Assembly: GCF_964194155.1 (NCBI RefSeq)
Contig: NC_135888.1
Span: 104,470,001 to 104,534,000, forward strand
Length of the DNA stretch: 64,000 bases
Direction of reading: 5' to 3'
Origin: Cetorhinus maximus
Lineage: Eukaryota
The number at the start of each line of letters is the position of its first letter. Position 1 is the stretch's first letter. This document shows, in pieces, positions 60,660 through 64,000 of the stretch. Under the pieces are notes generated by a model, which had not been told where the DNA came from, did not search any database, and saw only the letters and a program-made list of their open reading frames with translations. The position numbers and the translations under genes were made by a program.

Positions 60660-62330
60660 CATTTGGCCCACAGATTCATATCCATAAGCGGGTTTATGTC
60701 CCTGGTGATGGAGGCCCTGTACACCAGGAGAGGGGACTTCATCATCTTATCAGAGAAAAGCAAGAGGAACAGGCACAGGCATTGCCAGGGATTCCAAACA
60801 TGCAGAGAGCCATTGACTGCACACACATGACTCTATGGGCCACATGTATAAATGGAGTTGTGTCATAATCCCAAGGGTTACCATGCAATCACTGTGCAGT
60901 GGTATGTGACCATGCACAGAACATCATGTCTGGCAGCAGCCATGATACTTTTCATCCTGAAGCAGTCAGCCATCCCCCCTATCTTTGGGCCACCATGGAG
61001 AGCCTGGATGACAAGTATACCCTCAATGCTGCTAGCTCATGACTCATATCCTAACGTGCTGACAATATGCCTATAATGAGTACCATACAGCCATAAGGAA
61101 CATCTCCCCATGCCCATCAGCATCGTGGAGCAATGGTTCTGAAGCCTGGATCGCTCAGTGGAGCCCTGCAGTCCTCAACAGAACAGGTGATCAGACCTGT
61201 GGTGTCTGCTGCATCCTTCACAATCTTGCCATCAAGAGGGCGCAACCTGTGCCACCAGGCTTTCGAAGGCCACCTAAGGAGGAGGAAGAGGGCAAAGAGG
61301 AGAAGAAGAGGAGGTAGGGAAGATGCACCCTGAACCCCTTTGTTCTGGATGTACTGTCCGTCATCAGATACTGAGGCTCTGGTTCCTCTCATCCCATCAT
61401 ATCATTGTTCTAGTATCACCACCTTTCAAGCTATTTGCTGAATACCATCTTCCTGAAATAGAATCCACCAACAAAAAGCATTCCATGACAACTTTGTCTA
61501 ACAATACTTATAATAATATGTACAAAAATGAACTATTCATCCTTGTGCATTTCCTTAGTGCCTGTCTAATGGGTGCTTTTGCATGTTCTAGTGCTCCTAC
61601 ACAGTGCTAACCCTGGGGCTGCAGCATGGCTGGTGGAAGGCTGCTGCCTTTCATTGGGGGGGACTACAGATGGCCTTGAAAGTCAACTGCGAGCTACTCT
61701 GGGTCTTGAGGACCCAAGTTTGGACTACAGCACCACTGACATTGCAGCAGCAGACTGGGCTGGCTGGCTGAAAGGGCAAAGGTGCTGGTGAAGTGACTGT
61801 GGTGGGAGCATGAATGCCGTAATCCTGAGACAGGACGAAAAGTTTTGTGCACAACAGATACTCTGCCATTCCCCTCAGGGCAGGACCTCAGCAATTCTGG
61901 TAATCTGCAAGGACAAGTTGCTGACTGCTGTGAGAGCCTTCAGCACCATTAGCCAAGATGGCAGCAGTTTGAGTCTGCATGGGAGTAAGCAAGAATCTCA
62001 TGCCCTCCATCTGAGATTCTACTATAGCACTGGGATGTTGAGTGGTTTCTGCCAATGTTGCAATCATAGTAAGATATTGATCACCAGGTGCTGTACCATC
62101 ATTGCGTCTGTAAGTGCTGGTCACCATTTTCACGTTGGAAAGGGTGGGCTCTAAGCTCTGCACGTAGCTTTGTGCTAAGTTTGAGCCAGACTACACAATG
62201 TTCCTTGGCAATGACAATAGCGCCCTTCCAATGCACTAATTATTTTGATGTGAATGTTCATCAGTGTTCGCCTATAGGCCACCACATCGGAGACCTCATC
62301 TGAGACTTCTGTGGCAGAACTCATTTGCAG
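60660..62330 (+). mobile_element. Old divergent Harbinger relic (transposase + at ~60660-61330, probable ORF2 - at ~61500-62330)
   Basis: VMEALYTRRGDFI, FPNMQRAIDCTHM, NPKGYHAITVQ/VCDH, VVSAASFTI. No TIRs resolved. Confidence 0.7.
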
Positions 62331-62419
62331 CATTGCTGTTTGGGGAGTTGATACACAAACTGTTTGTTTTCCCTGACCTGGTGCCAAGGGGCCATTTAAG
62401 TGCCGGGGGGTGGTGGTGG

Positions 62420-64000
62420 AGGGGGAGTTAAAAGGACTATAGTTTTAGTAGGGGACAGTGTAGACAGGGGGATAGATACAGTTCTCTGCAGCCGAAAGCA
62501 TGAGTCCTGAAGACTGTATTACCTGCCCAGTGCCAGGGTTAAGGACATCTCCTCAGGGCTGGAAAGGAACTTGGAGTGGGAGGGGAAGGATCCAGTTGTC
62601 ATTGTCCATGTAGGTACCAATGATATAAGTAGGACTAAGAAAGAGGTTCTGCTAAGGGAGTATGAACATCCAGGGGTTAAATTGAAAAAGCAGAACCATA
62701 AAGGTAATAATCTCTGGATTACTACTTGAGCCATGAGAATATTGGCATAGGGTAAATAAGATCAGAGAATTGAATGCATGGTTTAAAGATTGGTGTGGGA
62801 GAAATGGGCTTCGAATCATGGGCACTGGCACCAGTACTGGGTAAAGAGGGGGCTGAACAATTATACAGCCTTCACCATTAGCATTCTGGGACAAATTTCC
62901 TGGTGAATCACAACTAGGATTGTAGAGAGGCCTTTAAGTGGGGGATGGGGAGGGTTGGGCTCATGTTAAGGGAGATTTGGAAAGTTAAAGAGAAAAGACA
63001 AGGAAGTGGTGCAGGGTAATGATATGGGTAATGAACACCAGAGTGGCGGGAAAGGACAGCGTACACAAACATAATATTGTACCAGCAAATAAGGTCAGAG
63101 TAGGCAAAAACAGTAAAAAGACAGAATTAAAATCCCTTTATTTGGATGCAGTCATAATAAGATGAATAAATTGACAGCACAAATAGAAATAATTGAGTCT
63201 ACTATGATAACCATTACAGAGATGTGGTTGCAAGGTAACCAAGGCTGTGACTTGAATATTCAAGAGCATTCGACATTCCGGAAGGACAAGAGGAAAGAAA
63301 AAGGAGGTGTGGTAGCTCTGTTAATAAAGGATGAGATCAGTACAACAGTTAAAAATGATCTTGGTTAAAAAGATCAAGATGTAGAATCAGTTTGGATGGT
63401 GATAAAGAATAACAAAGGAAATAAGCCACTGGTGGGAATAGCTTACATACCCCTTAACAGTAGCTACACAGTAAGACAGAGTGTATATCAAGAAATAATG
63501 AGGGCTTGCAAAAAAGTTACTGTAATGATTATGGGTGACTTTAATCTTCACATCAATTGTGCAATTCAAATTTGCAACAGTAGCCAGGAGGATGAGTCAA
63601 TAAAGTACATTCAGGACAATTTCTTAGAAGAATACATTCTGTAATCTACAAGGAACCAGGGTATTTTGGACCTGGTAATATATCACATAACTGGATTAAT
63701 TAAAGACCTCATGATAAAAGGTCCTCTAGGCAAGAGTGATCATAACATTCACATTTAGTTTGCAAGTAAGGAATCTGGGTCCATAACCAGTGTCTTAAAC
63801 TTAAGTAAAGACAATTACATTGATAAGAAGATAGACTTGGCTAAAGTGGACAGAGTAAGTAGGTTAAAAGGTAAGATGGTAGAGAAGTAGTGGAAGGCAT
63901 TTAAAGATATATTTCATAACTCTCAACAAAGATATATTCCATCATGGAAGAAAGTTTCTATCAGAAGAATGCACCATCCATAGCTAACTAAGCAAATTAA
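62420..64000 (+). mobile_element. CR1 LINE 5' region: ORF1 esterase (SGNH-like) domain and start of ORF2 APE, running off the window
   Basis: VLVGDSV, LPSARVKDI, VIVHVGTNDI, VIISGLL; then ITITEMWL, GGVVALLIK, IMGDFN, LGKSDHN. Confidence 0.88.

Overview
Eukaryotic, gene-poor, repeat-dense window. The repeat content (Deu-domain SINEs, CR1/L2 LINEs, Penelope-like tails) suggests a cartilaginous fish such as a shark; this is an inference. I can support no host protein-coding gene, and nearly all ORF-track entries are TE remnants or antisense noise. Main contents: (1) two near-full-length decayed PIF/Harbinger transposons (8429-12852, ~36920-41114), each with a HARBI1-type DDE transposase and a convergent 3-exon Myb/SANT gene, plus older relics and two MITE families (~700 bp and ~125 bp) with 3-bp TSDs; (2) a young Penelope-like element (32054-34552) with 852-bp inverted arms, a 14-bp TSD and minimal hammerhead-ribozyme motifs, plus many short tail copies; (3) an LTR element (43976-47254; TSD, PBS and PPT intact) carrying gag and protease but an unknown acidic ORF in place of RT/RH/IN; (4) a 3.2-kb APE-RT LINE with no ORF1 and a tRNA-like Pol III head (53100-56290), with a matching head+tail SINE (43180-43565); (5) CR1, L2 and Tx1 LINE fragments and solo-LTR-like pieces. 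Coordinates were read by eye; boundaries without a stated TSD or TIR are approximate.
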